Part shown: positions 39,103-48,922 of the stretch, piece after piece | How the letters are laid out: every line of letters begins with the position of its first letter | How positions within the stretch are numbered: position 1 is the stretch's first letter | DNA from: Chloroflexota bacterium | GTDB taxonomy: Bacteria > Chloroflexota > UBA6077 > FW602-bin22 > JACPRP01 | NCBI GenBank assembly: GCA_023480885.1 | Contig: JAMCWX010000018.1 | Coordinates: forward strand, 5,086 to 69,085 | DNA length: 64,000 bases | Direction of reading: 5' to 3' | Notes under the pieces: model-generated | Seen by the model: only the letters and a program-made list of their open reading frames with translations | Told to the model about the DNA's origin: nothing | Database searches by the model: none | Position numbers and translations under genes: made by a program

Positions 39103-39133
39103 TTCGGGCTGGCTGATAGGTAGGAGACAGCAG

Positions 39134-39943
39134 ATGCAGAGGACGAAGAAGGGCGATGTCACCTATTGTCGGTTCGATAAGCTGTCGGGATTTCCCGAGG
39201 TAGTGCACGGCGTGTTTGGGCGCGGGGGTGGGGTGAGCCAGGGGTATTTTGCCTCGCTCAACGCGAGCTTCACGATTGGCGACGACCAGGAGGCCGTGGT
39301 CGCCAATCGCAGATTGTTATGTCAAGCGTTGGGGATCCCCTATACTTCGCTGGTCGTGGCCAAGCAGGTTCACGGGACGCACGTGGCCATTATCGACGAG
39401 GCGCGCCCCGTGGAGAGCCCTGAGGAGTGGTACGATCTACTGCCGCCGTCCGACGGAATCGCCACGTCCCTGCGCGGCGTGAACGCGCTGATGACCTTCG
39501 CCGACTGCGTTCCCCTGCTCTTCTTTGACCCGACGCACCAGGCAATCGGCATCGCCCACGGTGGCTGGAAGGGGACCGTGGCGAAGGTCGCCGAGCACAT
39601 GGTGGAGGAGATGAGGCTGGCGTTCGCCACGAACCCGGCGCATCTCGTAGTGGCCATCGGCCCTTCCATCGGGCCCTGTTGTTATGAGGTGCGGGAGGAC
39701 GTTATCTCGGCAGTGAGACACGCCTTTACGTACGCCGACGACCTGCTCGTAACGCAGCCGAACGGCTCCGTGCACTTCGACCTGTGGGAAGCAAACCGGC
39801 GGCAAGCGTTGCGGGTTGGGGTGCTGCCAGAACACGTGGAGGTTGCCAGGATTTGCACCGCGTGCAACACCGACGTTTTCTTTTCGAACAGGGCAGAAAA
39901 GGGTAAGACGGGGCGGTTTGGGGTCGTGATTGGGTTGCGTTAG
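39134..39943 (+). CDS. pgeF: Peptidoglycan editing factor PgeF (YfiH/laccase domain)
   Basis: QVHG, ADCVP, HGGWKG, IGPSIGPCCYEV, CTAC. Confidence 0.93.
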   Translation: MQRTKKGDVTYCRFDKLSGFPEVVHGVFGRGGGVSQGYFASLNASFTIGDDQEAVVANRRLLCQALGIPYTSLVVAKQVHGTHVAIIDEARPVESPEEWYDLLPPSDGIATSLRGVNALMTFADCVPLLFFDPTHQAIGIAHGGWKGTVAKVAEHMVEEMRLAFATNPAHLVVAIGPSIGPCCYEVREDVISAVRHAFTYADDLLVTQPNGSVHFDLWEANRRQALRVGVLPEHVEVARICTACNTDVFFSNRAEKGKTGRFGVVIGLR

Positions 39944-39977
39944 GTCTAATAGCAGCGACGTATCTGTGCATCCGTAT

Positions 39978-40002
39978 GGGCGACCGGCTGATCGCCCCTA
40001 CA
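39978..40002 (-). repeat. GTAG-type REP-like palindrome (family A)
   Basis: Minus strand tgtag-gggcga-tcagccgg-tcgccc. Confidence 0.7.
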
Positions 40003-40032
40003 TTGGCATTCAGGCGGAGGTTAGAACGACGA

Positions 40033-40773
40033 ATGGATGAAGCACAAGAGGTTAAGGAAACGATCAGGCAGAATCTGGCGCGGGTGCAGAATCGCATCGC
40101 AAATGCCTGCCAGCGGGTTGGGAGAAGGCCCGAGGAGGTGACGCTGGTGGCCGTCTCGAAAACGATGCATGCGCAGCGGGTGACGCTCGCCTGTGAGGCA
40201 GGAGTTCGCGACCTCGGCGAAAACCGCGTCCAGGAGGCGGCGACGAAGATTCCGCTGGTCAAGGCAGATGTTACCTGGCACCTGATCGGGCACCTGCAGA
40301 CCAACAAGGCGAAACAAGCCGTCAGCCTTTTCGACGTCATCCACTCTGTGGACAGCGTGAGGATCGCCGAGGCGATCGGCAGCTACGCCATCGCGCTGCG
40401 AAAGGAAATGCCAATCCTGCTCGAGGTCAACGTGTCTGGCGAGGCGACGAAATACGGCTTCGATCCTGTCGCTCTTCCCGCCGCGGTCGAGACCATTTCT
40501 CAGTTGCGGTCCGTTCGACTCGAAGGATTGATGACCGTTGCACCGATGGTGCGCAACCCAGAGGAAGCGCGGCCTTTCTTCGTCAGGCTAGGAGAACTGC
40601 GAGATGAGCTGCGAGATCGCTTTCCCGGCGCGATCGGACGGCACCTGTCGATGGGTATGACCGACGACTTCGAGGTTGCCATCGAAGAGGGAGCGACGAT
40701 GGTCAGGATTGGCAGAGCGATTTTCGGCGAAAGAAGCGTGCACTTTTCACCTGATTCTGCTACAATTAGTTAG
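40033..40773 (+). CDS. yggS: PLP homeostasis protein
   Basis: LVAVSK, GENRVQE, WHLIGHLQTNK, SMGMTDDF, VRIGRAIFG. Confidence 0.95.
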   Translation: MDEAQEVKETIRQNLARVQNRIANACQRVGRRPEEVTLVAVSKTMHAQRVTLACEAGVRDLGENRVQEAATKIPLVKADVTWHLIGHLQTNKAKQAVSLFDVIHSVDSVRIAEAIGSYAIALRKEMPILLEVNVSGEATKYGFDPVALPAAVETISQLRSVRLEGLMTVAPMVRNPEEARPFFVRLGELRDELRDRFPGAIGRHLSMGMTDDFEVAIEEGATMVRIGRAIFGERSVHFSPDSATIS

Positions 40774-40809
40774 CTTGCGCTGCGGCGGCGCTGATTTGCC
40801 GAATGAGGG

Positions 40810-41082
40810 TTGGCATTGGGAACTATGATCGTCGTCCGAAACTTCGTAGACGTTTTGTTTAACGTGCTGATACTGGCCATTCTGGCCAGAGCTATTCTGT
40901 CCTGGTTTCGTCTGGGACCGGATAACCCGCTGATCCAGATCCTTTACGACATCACCGAGCCAATACTGTCACCTCTGAGGCGTGTGATCCCTCCGCTGGG
41001 GGGCATGATCGACATCACCCCCATTATCGCCCTGTTCCTGCTGCGATTCCTCCAGCAGATGATTATGAGCGGTCTCTATTAG
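40810..41082 (+). CDS. yggT: YggT-family membrane protein
   Basis: ILSWF...ITEPILSPLRRVIPP..IDITP. Confidence 0.92.
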   Translation: MALGTMIVVRNFVDVLFNVLILAILARAILSWFRLGPDNPLIQILYDITEPILSPLRRVIPPLGGMIDITPIIALFLLRFLQQMIMSGLY

Positions 41083-41360
41083 CCAGCCGTCTTGCTTGAA
41101 GCCGCCGCCAGACGGCTCTTCAACTCGTCGCTGCTTAAACCAGCCACATCCACCAGCTTCTCCCGTCCGGCCTGTCCCGTGACTATCGAGATGTCCGCCT
41201 TGCTCACGCGCAGAATGCCTGCCAGCAGCGAGACCAGCGCCTTATTAGCCTTGCCCTCGACGGGAGGCGCCGTGAGCCGTATTCTGACGAGGTCGTCTTG
41301 AAATCCCACGATCTCGTTCTTAGAGGCGCCGGGCTGGACCCTGATCTTCAATCTGCCCAT
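41079..41360 (-). CDS. yggU: DUF167 (YggU) protein
   Basis: VQPGA, APPVEGKAN, GQAGREK. Confidence 0.9.
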   Translation of the reverse strand: MGRLKIRVQPGASKNEIVGFQDDLVRIRLTAPPVEGKANKALVSLLAGILRVSKADISIVTGQAGREKLVDVAGLSSDELKSRLAAASSKTAG

Positions 41361-41362
41361 CG

Positions 41363-42232
41363 CTATTCCCCGAGCAACTCTGGCAAATTGACGATTTGCA
41401 GACCCTTCGCGCGAAGCTCCTTGATAATGGACGGCAGCGCCTGCGCCGTCTTTTCCGTCGAGGCGTGATGCACGACGATGTAGCCAGCCTGAGTATTATC
41501 GATCACTCGTTTCCTGACGCTTTCCGTTGTGCTGTCATCTCGCCAGTCCGTCGAGTCGAGCGTCCAGTAGACGGCTTTATAGCCCTGCTGGGCCAGCACG
41601 GCCAGGAGGCGGTTGTCGTACGCTCCAAGAGGTGGGCGGAAGTACGGCTTGGGGACCACGCCGGCGACCTGCTTAATCGTCTCCTCAGTCCGCGTGAGTT
41701 GAGATACGATCTCGGCATTGCTGATCTCGGTCATGTCAGGATGCGAATACGAGTGGCTGCCGATGGTGTGTCCCTCAGCCACGATGCGTTTGATGAGGGC
41801 TGGATTGGCCTCCGCGAACTTGCCAGTGACGAAGAACGTAGTGTGGATGTGGTTTTCGCGCAGGATGTCGAGCACGGTCGCCGTGCTGCCGGCAGCCGCG
41901 CCTGAATCGAACGTCAGCGTCACCAGGGGCTTCTGCGTGCTGCCACGCACGATAAGCGGAGCCAGCGGGCCGCTGACGACGGCAGGCTTGGGAGCAGAGC
42001 TGACAGGCTTTCCAGTTGGGGTCGGGCTCGGCACAGATTTCGGCGTAGCGGTCGACGTCGCCGTGGCAGTTGGGACCGGAGTGCTCGTCGGCCGCGGGGT
42101 AGGGATGTCGGTAGTCGACGGTGTCGAAGTGAAAGCGACGTGAGGGGTAGGCTGGGCAGATGTTGAGGTACAGGCAACTGATATCGACAGCACCACCAGG
42201 AGAACTGTGCAGATGATTGTCAGGCGTCTCAT
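41363..42232 (-). CDS. Polysaccharide deacetylase lipoprotein (NodB/CE4)
   Basis: Lipobox SVAC, P/T-rich linker, LTFD, HSYSHP, FRPPLG, DSTDW. Confidence 0.9.
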   Translation of the reverse strand: MRRLTIICTVLLVVLSISVACTSTSAQPTPHVAFTSTPSTTDIPTPRPTSTPVPTATATSTATPKSVPSPTPTGKPVSSAPKPAVVSGPLAPLIVRGSTQKPLVTLTFDSGAAAGSTATVLDILRENHIHTTFFVTGKFAEANPALIKRIVAEGHTIGSHSYSHPDMTEISNAEIVSQLTRTEETIKQVAGVVPKPYFRPPLGAYDNRLLAVLAQQGYKAVYWTLDSTDWRDDSTTESVRKRVIDNTQAGYIVVHHASTEKTAQALPSIIKELRAKGLQIVNLPELLGE

Positions 42233-42306
42233 TCGACGTGACCTCCAAGAGCATAGTATCTTATGGGGTTGTGCACGTCAAGTTGGACGAGTGCCAGCCA
42301 ATCCCA

Positions 42307-42471
42307 TTATTTCACTTCCCGGTGCTCGGTGGTTTTTCGGCAGTACGGACAATACTTCTTCAGCTCAAGACGCCCTGGATGGGTTTTCACGTTCTTCTCC
42401 AGCCAGTAGTTGCGATTCTTACAAACAGCGCAGGCCGTGGGCACCAATACGCGCACTGCCTTTCTTGCCAT
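42307..42471 (-). CDS. rpmG: 50S ribosomal protein L33 (zinc-ribbon form), absent from the ORF track
   Basis: Manual translation MARKAVRVLVPTACAVCKNRNYWLEKNVKTHPGRLELKKYCPYCRKTTEHREVK; SD GAGGAGGT. Confidence 0.93.
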   Translation of the reverse strand: MARKAVRVLVPTACAVCKNRNYWLEKNVKTHPGRLELKKYCPYCRKTTEHREVK

Positions 42472-42664
42472 CAGCCACCTCCTCTTTCAAGCAGATCGTT
42501 CGTGTACACGCCGCAAGGGTTATGCCAGGTGTTGGGCCAGGTAGAGTGGGACAACGGGGCTTGGAAAGGCCATGATAGCTAGCTAACTTGCCTTGATTTT
42601 TTTCGGCACGCTGTGCTATAGTCACCCATTGACTGACTAGACGGCTTCCGAGGAGGATTGTACG

Positions 42665-43606
42665 GTGATTCAGGTTGACAAACTGACCAAGTACTACGGC
42701 GAACGCGCCGTGATCACCAACATCAGTTTCGACGTGCGGACGGGAGAAATCCTGGGCTTCCTGGGTCCGAACGGCGCAGGGAAGACGACGACGATGCGGA
42801 TTCTTGCCGGATTCATGCCCGCGAGCGGCGGCACGGCAAAGATAGCAGGTTACGACGTGCTCCGCCAATCGCTGGAGGCCAGGAGGAACATAGGATACCT
42901 GCCAGAGAACGTTCCGCTTTACCCTGACATTACCGTGGCCTCTTATCTCGACCTGATGGCCAAGCTGCGAGGTGTCTCTGGAAAGCGCAAGGCAGCGCGC
43001 GTGGCAGAGGTGATGGAAATCTGCCGGATTCGCGATGTCGCCGATAAGCTGATCGGCAAGCTATCGAAAGGATACAGGCAGAGAGTTGGCCTGGCCCAGG
43101 CCCTCGTTCACGACCCCAAGGTGCTTATACTTGACGAGCCCACGGTCGGCCTCGATCCGAAGCAAATCATCGAGACGAGACAGGCGATCAAACGGCTTGG
43201 CGGAGACCACACCATTATCCTCAGCACGCACATCCTGCCAGAAGTGAGCATGACCTGCTCCAGAGTAGTGATCATCAACGAAGGGAAAGTCGCCGCGGTG
43301 GACACGCCTGAGCAGCTTACCCGCCGATTGCAGGGGACCGAAAGGATCGAGCTTGAAGTTCGAGGATCGAATGGCTCAATCGTCAACTGCCTCCGCGCCG
43401 TACAGGGCGTCTTGAGGGTGGACACTTCCGACGTCGACGGCCGCCAACTATTCCTCGTCGAGTGTGCCAGCGGCGCGGATATCAGGGCGCAACTATCCGC
43501 AGCCATCGTTCACGGGGGCTTCGACCTGCTTCACCTGAGCAGCGTAGGGATGAGCCTCGAAGAGATATTCCTCAAGCTGACCACGAAGGAGGACATAGCC
43601 GCGTAA
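42665..43606 (+). CDS. ABC-2 transporter ATPase (GldA-like)
   Basis: GPNGAGKTT, LSKGYRQR, ILDEPTVGLDP, STHIL. Confidence 0.92.
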   Translation: MIQVDKLTKYYGERAVITNISFDVRTGEILGFLGPNGAGKTTTMRILAGFMPASGGTAKIAGYDVLRQSLEARRNIGYLPENVPLYPDITVASYLDLMAKLRGVSGKRKAARVAEVMEICRIRDVADKLIGKLSKGYRQRVGLAQALVHDPKVLILDEPTVGLDPKQIIETRQAIKRLGGDHTIILSTHILPEVSMTCSRVVIINEGKVAAVDTPEQLTRRLQGTERIELEVRGSNGSIVNCLRAVQGVLRVDTSDVDGRQLFLVECASGADIRAQLSAAIVHGGFDLLHLSSVGMSLEEIFLKLTTKEDIAA

Positions 43607-44316
43607 TGAGAAACGTATTGACGCTGACCGAAAAAGAACTAAGAACGTATTTTGTATCGCCGCTGGCGTACGTCGTGATAGCCGCGTTTTTGGTGGTCAC
43701 GGGAGTGTTCTTCGCGGGGATTTTCATCGGCTCGCATCAGGCAACTATGGAGTATACGTTCCAGAACATGAGCGTAATCTTGCTCCTGGTGTCTCCGATG
43801 CTGGCGATGCGTCTGTTGTCCGAAGAGCAACGTTCTGGCACCATCGAGCTTCTGTTGACTTCGCCAGTGCGAGACATAGAGGTTGTTTTGGGCAAGTTCT
43901 TCGCAAGCCTGGTCTTCCTGGTGACGATGCTGGGCCTCACGCTGTATTACGTGCTCCTCCTGACGAGGTTCGGCAGCCCCGAAGCGGGCCCGATCCTGTC
44001 GGGCTATCTGGGGATATTCCTATTGGGCGCGGCCTTCCTGGCCATTGGATTGTTCACCTCATCGCTGACTTCCAACCAGGTCGTCGCAGCCTTCTTGACC
44101 ATCGCGATTCTGCTAGTTCTCTGGGTACTGGACGCTCTGACGTCGATGTTCGGCTCGTCGGCATCAGCCGTGCTCAGCTACTTATCGCTGTCCAAACACA
44201 TCAGCGACCTGCCTAAAGGGCTGATCGATACGAAGGATCTCATCTATTTCCTCAGTCTGATCGTGGCCTGCATCTTTCTGACGACGAGATCGCTAGAGGC
44301 GAGGAGGTGGAGATAA
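43606..44316 (+). CDS. ABC-2 permease (GldF-like)
   Basis: KELRTYFVSPLAY, SEEQRSGTIELLLTSP, SSLTSNQ. Confidence 0.9.
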   Translation: MRNVLTLTEKELRTYFVSPLAYVVIAAFLVVTGVFFAGIFIGSHQATMEYTFQNMSVILLLVSPMLAMRLLSEEQRSGTIELLLTSPVRDIEVVLGKFFASLVFLVTMLGLTLYYVLLLTRFGSPEAGPILSGYLGIFLLGAAFLAIGLFTSSLTSNQVVAAFLTIAILLVLWVLDALTSMFGSSASAVLSYLSLSKHISDLPKGLIDTKDLIYFLSLIVACIFLTTRSLEARRWR

Positions 44317-45875
44317 TGTTACAGAGGGTATCGAACCGCCTTCCCGCAATCGCCGGCGGCCTTGGAGCAGCCAGCCTTGTAGTAGGTCTTGGCGCCTATC
44401 TGGTAACTGGGCAATTCGATCGGCAGGTGCTTATTCTGCTGGCTATTGGCGTGGCGCTACTGCTGATCGCCGCCTCGTATTATCCCCAGGAACTTCTGGC
44501 GATGTTACGAGGACGGTCTGTAAGATATGGCTCCAACACGTTCGCCACAATCGTCATTTTCCTGGCCATCCTTTCGCTGATCAACTTCTATTCCATCAAC
44601 CACTCCTACCGCTGGGACCTGACAGCGTCAAAGAAGTTCACGCTCTCGCAGCAGACGTTGAACATCTTGAACAAGCTGCAGGCACCGATGAAGCTCACAG
44701 CTTTCTACGCCAGTGGAACTTCTGCAGATTACGAGGATTTACTCAAGCAGTACAAGAGCGCATCGGACAAAATCGACTATCAGTTTATAGACCCTGACCG
44801 CATGCCGGCTGTTGCCCGCCAATACAAGATCCAGCAATACGGCACGACCGTCATCGAGTATCAGGGCAAGCGGCAAGACGTGACCGGCTTTGGCGAGCAG
44901 GACCTCACCAGCGCCATTCTGAAACTGACCAGCGAGAAGACGAAGAAGATATACTTCCTCGCCGGACACGGCGAATTGAACGTAGATAGCTTTGACGGGC
45001 CGGGCGGAGCGCAAATAAAGCAGGCGCTACAGGCTGAGAACTACGATGTCACAGTCCTCAACCTGGCGGCCAAAGGCTCTGTTCCCGACGATGCCGACGT
45101 CCTCGTCGTAGCGGGCGCGAAGAACCAGTTCCTCGACGACGAGAAGAAAGCGTTGAAGGAGTACCTCGACAAAGGCGGCAAGGCGCTGATTATGGTCGAT
45201 CCCCATGGATCGCCCAGCGTCACCGAAGTGCTCAAAGACTGGGGCATCGAAGTAGGCAACGGCGTCGCGGTCGACCCCGCTAGCTCTATAGCGAACCAGC
45301 CGCAGGTGCCCGTGGTGATGCAATACAACTTCAACCAGATCACCAAGGATATGACTCAGCAAATGACCATGTTCCCATTGGCCACCTCGATCACTGTGCA
45401 AAAGGACCTGCCCAAAGGCGAGACGACAGCGCCGCTGTTCCAGACGACCGACAAGGCCTGGCTGGAAACCGACCAGAAGGTCATCAAGTTCGACGAAGGG
45501 AAGGACGTGAGGGGTCCGTTGACCCTGGCCATGACGGTGCAGATGGGCGAAACGAGCCCGAAACAAAACCCGCAGAGTGCCGCGAAGGACGAGGCGCAGA
45601 AGCCGAAGACTCGCATGGTCGTCATTGGGAACTCAGCCTTCGCCAGCAACGATCTGGCCAAGGAGCCTGCGCTCGCCAACAAACATCTCTTCACGAACGC
45701 CGTCAACTGGCTGGCAGAGGACGAAGACCTGATCAGCATCGGTCCGAAGGAGCCGGCGATGAACCAGACATTCCTGACGGGGGCTCAGGAAAGCTTCGTG
45801 TTCTATAGCAGCGCGGTGTTCCTGCCTCTCCTGGTGATCATCGCTGGTGTGGCCGTGTGGTGGAACAGGAGGTAA
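44316..45875 (+). CDS. GldG-family ABC auxiliary component
   Basis: RWDLTASKKFTLS, FIDPD, EQDLTSAI, YFLAGHGE, NAVNWL. Confidence 0.88.
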   Translation: MLQRVSNRLPAIAGGLGAASLVVGLGAYLVTGQFDRQVLILLAIGVALLLIAASYYPQELLAMLRGRSVRYGSNTFATIVIFLAILSLINFYSINHSYRWDLTASKKFTLSQQTLNILNKLQAPMKLTAFYASGTSADYEDLLKQYKSASDKIDYQFIDPDRMPAVARQYKIQQYGTTVIEYQGKRQDVTGFGEQDLTSAILKLTSEKTKKIYFLAGHGELNVDSFDGPGGAQIKQALQAENYDVTVLNLAAKGSVPDDADVLVVAGAKNQFLDDEKKALKEYLDKGGKALIMVDPHGSPSVTEVLKDWGIEVGNGVAVDPASSIANQPQVPVVMQYNFNQITKDMTQQMTMFPLATSITVQKDLPKGETTAPLFQTTDKAWLETDQKVIKFDEGKDVRGPLTLAMTVQMGETSPKQNPQSAAKDEAQKPKTRMVVIGNSAFASNDLAKEPALANKHLFTNAVNWLAEDEDLISIGPKEPAMNQTFLTGAQESFVFYSSAVFLPLLVIIAGVAVWWNRR

Positions 45876-45878
45876 CTT

Positions 45879-46520
45879 ATGAGCTACAAGACGACGCTGA
45901 TCCTTCTAGCCATACTTGTCGCGGTCGGATTGGGCGTATACTGGCAAGATATTCGGCCTGGTCCCAAGAAAGAAGAAGCCAAGCCGACGCAAGTGTTCAA
46001 TTTCAAGTCCAACGACGTCAATGCGCTGGACGTTACGTATCAGGGCAAGACGACCGAGCTTCACAAGGAAAGCGAATCGCAGTGGAAGTTAAAGAAGCCT
46101 GAGGAGAGCGACGCGGACTACTGGAACGTGGAAGGGATGGTCGCGCGCCTGGGCACCTTAAACGCGAATCGGGTTTTGACCGAGACGACGGGGAACCTTG
46201 CCGACTACGGGCTCAACCAGCCTATTGCCGAAGCCACGATCGGCCTCGCAGATGGCAAACAGAGCAAGTTCATCGTCGGGGACAAGTCACCCGATGGGTC
46301 AGCCTATTACGTCAAGCGAGATGATTCGGATACTATCTTCCTGGTATCCACGTCTTTCATCAGCGACGTAGTGAAGCTGGCGACAAATCCGCCAAAGGCA
46401 AAACCCACGCCGACGCCGGCCCCGCCAACGGCGACGCCGGCACCCGCGCAGGCGACGCCAACGCCGGCCCAGGCGACGCCGGCACCGGCAGGAGCGACAC
46501 CGAGCCCCGCCGGCCAATAA
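45879..46520 (+). CDS. DUF4340-domain protein with C-terminal ATPxPAQ repeats
   Basis: N-terminal TM, LADYGLNQP, VGDKSPDGSAYY; usual position after GldG. Confidence 0.8.
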   Translation: MSYKTTLILLAILVAVGLGVYWQDIRPGPKKEEAKPTQVFNFKSNDVNALDVTYQGKTTELHKESESQWKLKKPEESDADYWNVEGMVARLGTLNANRVLTETTGNLADYGLNQPIAEATIGLADGKQSKFIVGDKSPDGSAYYVKRDDSDTIFLVSTSFISDVVKLATNPPKAKPTPTPAPPTATPAPAQATPTPAQATPAPAGATPSPAGQ

Positions 46521-46556
46521 CCAGGTTCTGGAATCGATCGAGAAGGAGGGCCGACA

Positions 46557-47201
46557 GTGGAGATAAGCTGGTTGGGACATTCTTGTTTCAGGATAAAGAG
46601 CAAGGACGCGACGATCATCACGGACCCGTACGACAAGTCCGTGGGTTACCAGATGGGACGAGTAAGCGCCGACATCGTCACGGTGTCCCACGACCACTTC
46701 GACCACAATAACGCGGCCGCAATTGGCGGCGATCCGAAGATCGTGAAGGGACCGGGGGAGTACGAGATCAAGGGAGTGATGATCACCGGCGTCCGGACCT
46801 TCCACGATTCTGAGGGCGGCAAGAAGCGAGGCAAGAACACCGTCTACCTCATCGAGGCCGACGACCTGGTGGTCTGCCATCTCGGCGACCTGGGGCAGGT
46901 GTTATCTGCCGAGCAGGCCGAGGAGATGAACAACGCGGACATCTTGATGGTCCCGGTCGGCGGGAACTACACCATCAACACCGCTCAAGCCGCCGAGGTG
47001 ATATCCCTCATCGAGCCGAAAATCGTCATTCCGATGCACTATAAGACAGACGTGGTCAAGCTAGAAATCGATCCGGTAGATAAGTTCTGCCGCGAGATGG
47101 GCATCAAATCGCCCCAACCCCAGCCCAAGCTAGTGATAAACAGGAGCTCCTTGCCAGCGGAATCACAGGTGGTTCTCCTGGATTATCGCAAGGGCTCTTA
47201 G
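46557..47201 (+). CDS. Metallo-beta-lactamase-fold hydrolase
   Basis: WLGHSCF, SHDHFDH, HLGDLG, IPMHY. Confidence 0.9.
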   Translation: MEISWLGHSCFRIKSKDATIITDPYDKSVGYQMGRVSADIVTVSHDHFDHNNAAAIGGDPKIVKGPGEYEIKGVMITGVRTFHDSEGGKKRGKNTVYLIEADDLVVCHLGDLGQVLSAEQAEEMNNADILMVPVGGNYTINTAQAAEVISLIEPKIVIPMHYKTDVVKLEIDPVDKFCREMGIKSPQPQPKLVINRSSLPAESQVVLLDYRKGS

Positions 47202-48448
47202 AGGATGTCCTTGGTCAGCGTCGTCAGGAAGTCGCGGTTGTTGGGCGTCTTTGCCATCCTGGTGAGCATCAACTCGACACCCTCGGTGCCGCCGATCGCG
47301 CTGACCATCCGCCGAAGCGTCCAGACCTGACGCAGCGTGGCCTCGTCCAACAGCAACTCTTCGCGGCGAGTGCCAGAGCGAGCGATGTCGATCGCCGGGA
47401 AAATGCGCTTTTCCGCGAGCTTTCGGTCCAGCACCAGCTCCATGTTGCCCGTGCCCTTGAACTCTTCGTAGATGACGTCGTCCATTCGGCTGCCTGTGTC
47501 CACCAGACAGGTCGCCATGATCGTCAGGCTCCCGCCCTCCTCTATGTTGCGAGCAGCGCCGAAGAATCGCTTTGGGGGGTAGAGGGCGACAGGATCGATG
47601 CCACCCGATAGCGTGCGGCCGCTGGGCGGCACTACCAGGTTGTAAGCGCGGGAAAGACGAGTGATGCTGTCCATCAGGATCACGACGTGCCGGCCGCACT
47701 CGACCAGCCGCTTCGCTCGCTCGAGAGCCATCTCGGCCACACGCGTATGATCTTCGACAGGCTCGTCGAAAGTGGAGCTTACGACCTCCGCCTTCACCGA
47801 TCGCTTAACGTCTGTCACTTCTTCTGGCCGCTCGCCAATAAGCAGGACCATTAAGTGAACGTCGTTGTAGTTGGAGGTAATGCCGTTGGCGATGTGCTTC
47901 AAGACAGTAGTCTTGCCCGCCTTGGGGGGAGACACGATCAATCCACGCTGTCCTCGTCCGATGGGCGAGACCAGGTTGATGATTCTCTGAGTAACATTGA
48001 TCGGCGCCGTCTCCAGGTTAAGCATATCACGCGGGAAGATTGGCGTCAGGGTATCGAAGTGAGGTCTTCGCTTGGCAATCTCGGGATCGAGGCTGTTGAC
48101 CGCCTCCACCCGCAAGAGGCCAAAATACTTCTCATTCTCCTTTGGCGGGCGTATCTGCCCCGTCACCATGTCGCCGGTGCGAAGACCGAAGCGACGTATC
48201 TGCGACTGCGAAACGTAGACGTCGGACGGACCTGGCAGGAAACGCTCCTTGCGCAGGAAGCCGAAGCCGTCCTCCACGATCTCGAGCACGCCTTCTCCGA
48301 ACAGAAAACCCTGCTGTTCAGTTTGGGCCTGCAGGAGACGCAGAACCAACTCCTGCTTCTTCAAGGCGCTGTAGCCTGTGATGCCAAGCTCTTTAGCCAT
48401 GTCCTGAAGTTCATCGCGGGTTTTCATTTCAAGTTCAGCGATATTCAC
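47198..48448 (-). CDS. rho: Transcription termination factor Rho
   Basis: [49 protein letters not shown]. Confidence 0.98.
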   Translation of the reverse strand: MNIAELEMKTRDELQDMAKELGITGYSALKKQELVLRLLQAQTEQQGFLFGEGVLEIVEDGFGFLRKERFLPGPSDVYVSQSQIRRFGLRTGDMVTGQIRPPKENEKYFGLLRVEAVNSLDPEIAKRRPHFDTLTPIFPRDMLNLETAPINVTQRIINLVSPIGRGQRGLIVSPPKAGKTTVLKHIANGITSNYNDVHLMVLLIGERPEEVTDVKRSVKAEVVSSTFDEPVEDHTRVAEMALERAKRLVECGRHVVILMDSITRLSRAYNLVVPPSGRTLSGGIDPVALYPPKRFFGAARNIEEGGSLTIMATCLVDTGSRMDDVIYEEFKGTGNMELVLDRKLAEKRIFPAIDIARSGTRREELLLDEATLRQVWTLRRMVSAIGGTEGVELMLTRMAKTPNNRDFLTTLTKDIL

Positions 48449-48922
48449 CTATAACTCCCTAATAGTTAATTAGAATCAGGCTAATGTGTTTCTTAATGAG
48501 AGATTTATGTTACGCCACCGTCGACCAGAACGAGCAAGAATTGAGCCCAGTTGCGCCGTCGATGGATCACCGAAGCATACTGTAAGTGCTGCTCATATTA
48601 ACAACGTGATTCTGGGAAGATTATTATCGGTTTTGTTCCGACGAATGCACCAGTCATTAGATAGTGGCGAGCCGTAAATGGTTCCTCAGTGGAGAGATGC
48701 GTAAAGGCTTCCTAGCATAGCGCCCCAAAGCGCGTAACTGATGATCTTGTGGGGAACTACTGCCACGACTCCAGGGTCGCGCTCTGAGGAGAAGCGATCC
48801 AGCGAAGGTACAGCTCCATGCTCACTTCAGAGCATAATTATATCATATCGTGTCAAGAGGGTGCAAAGCGAGCGAGCGCATAAGCCCTGACTGAGTGTTG
48901 TACGCGTGCTTGGGCGAATGCG

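Noticed and set aside
42207-42582. Plus-strand ORFs of 121-122 aa
   Set aside because: Antisense shadows of rpmG and the neighbouring promoter
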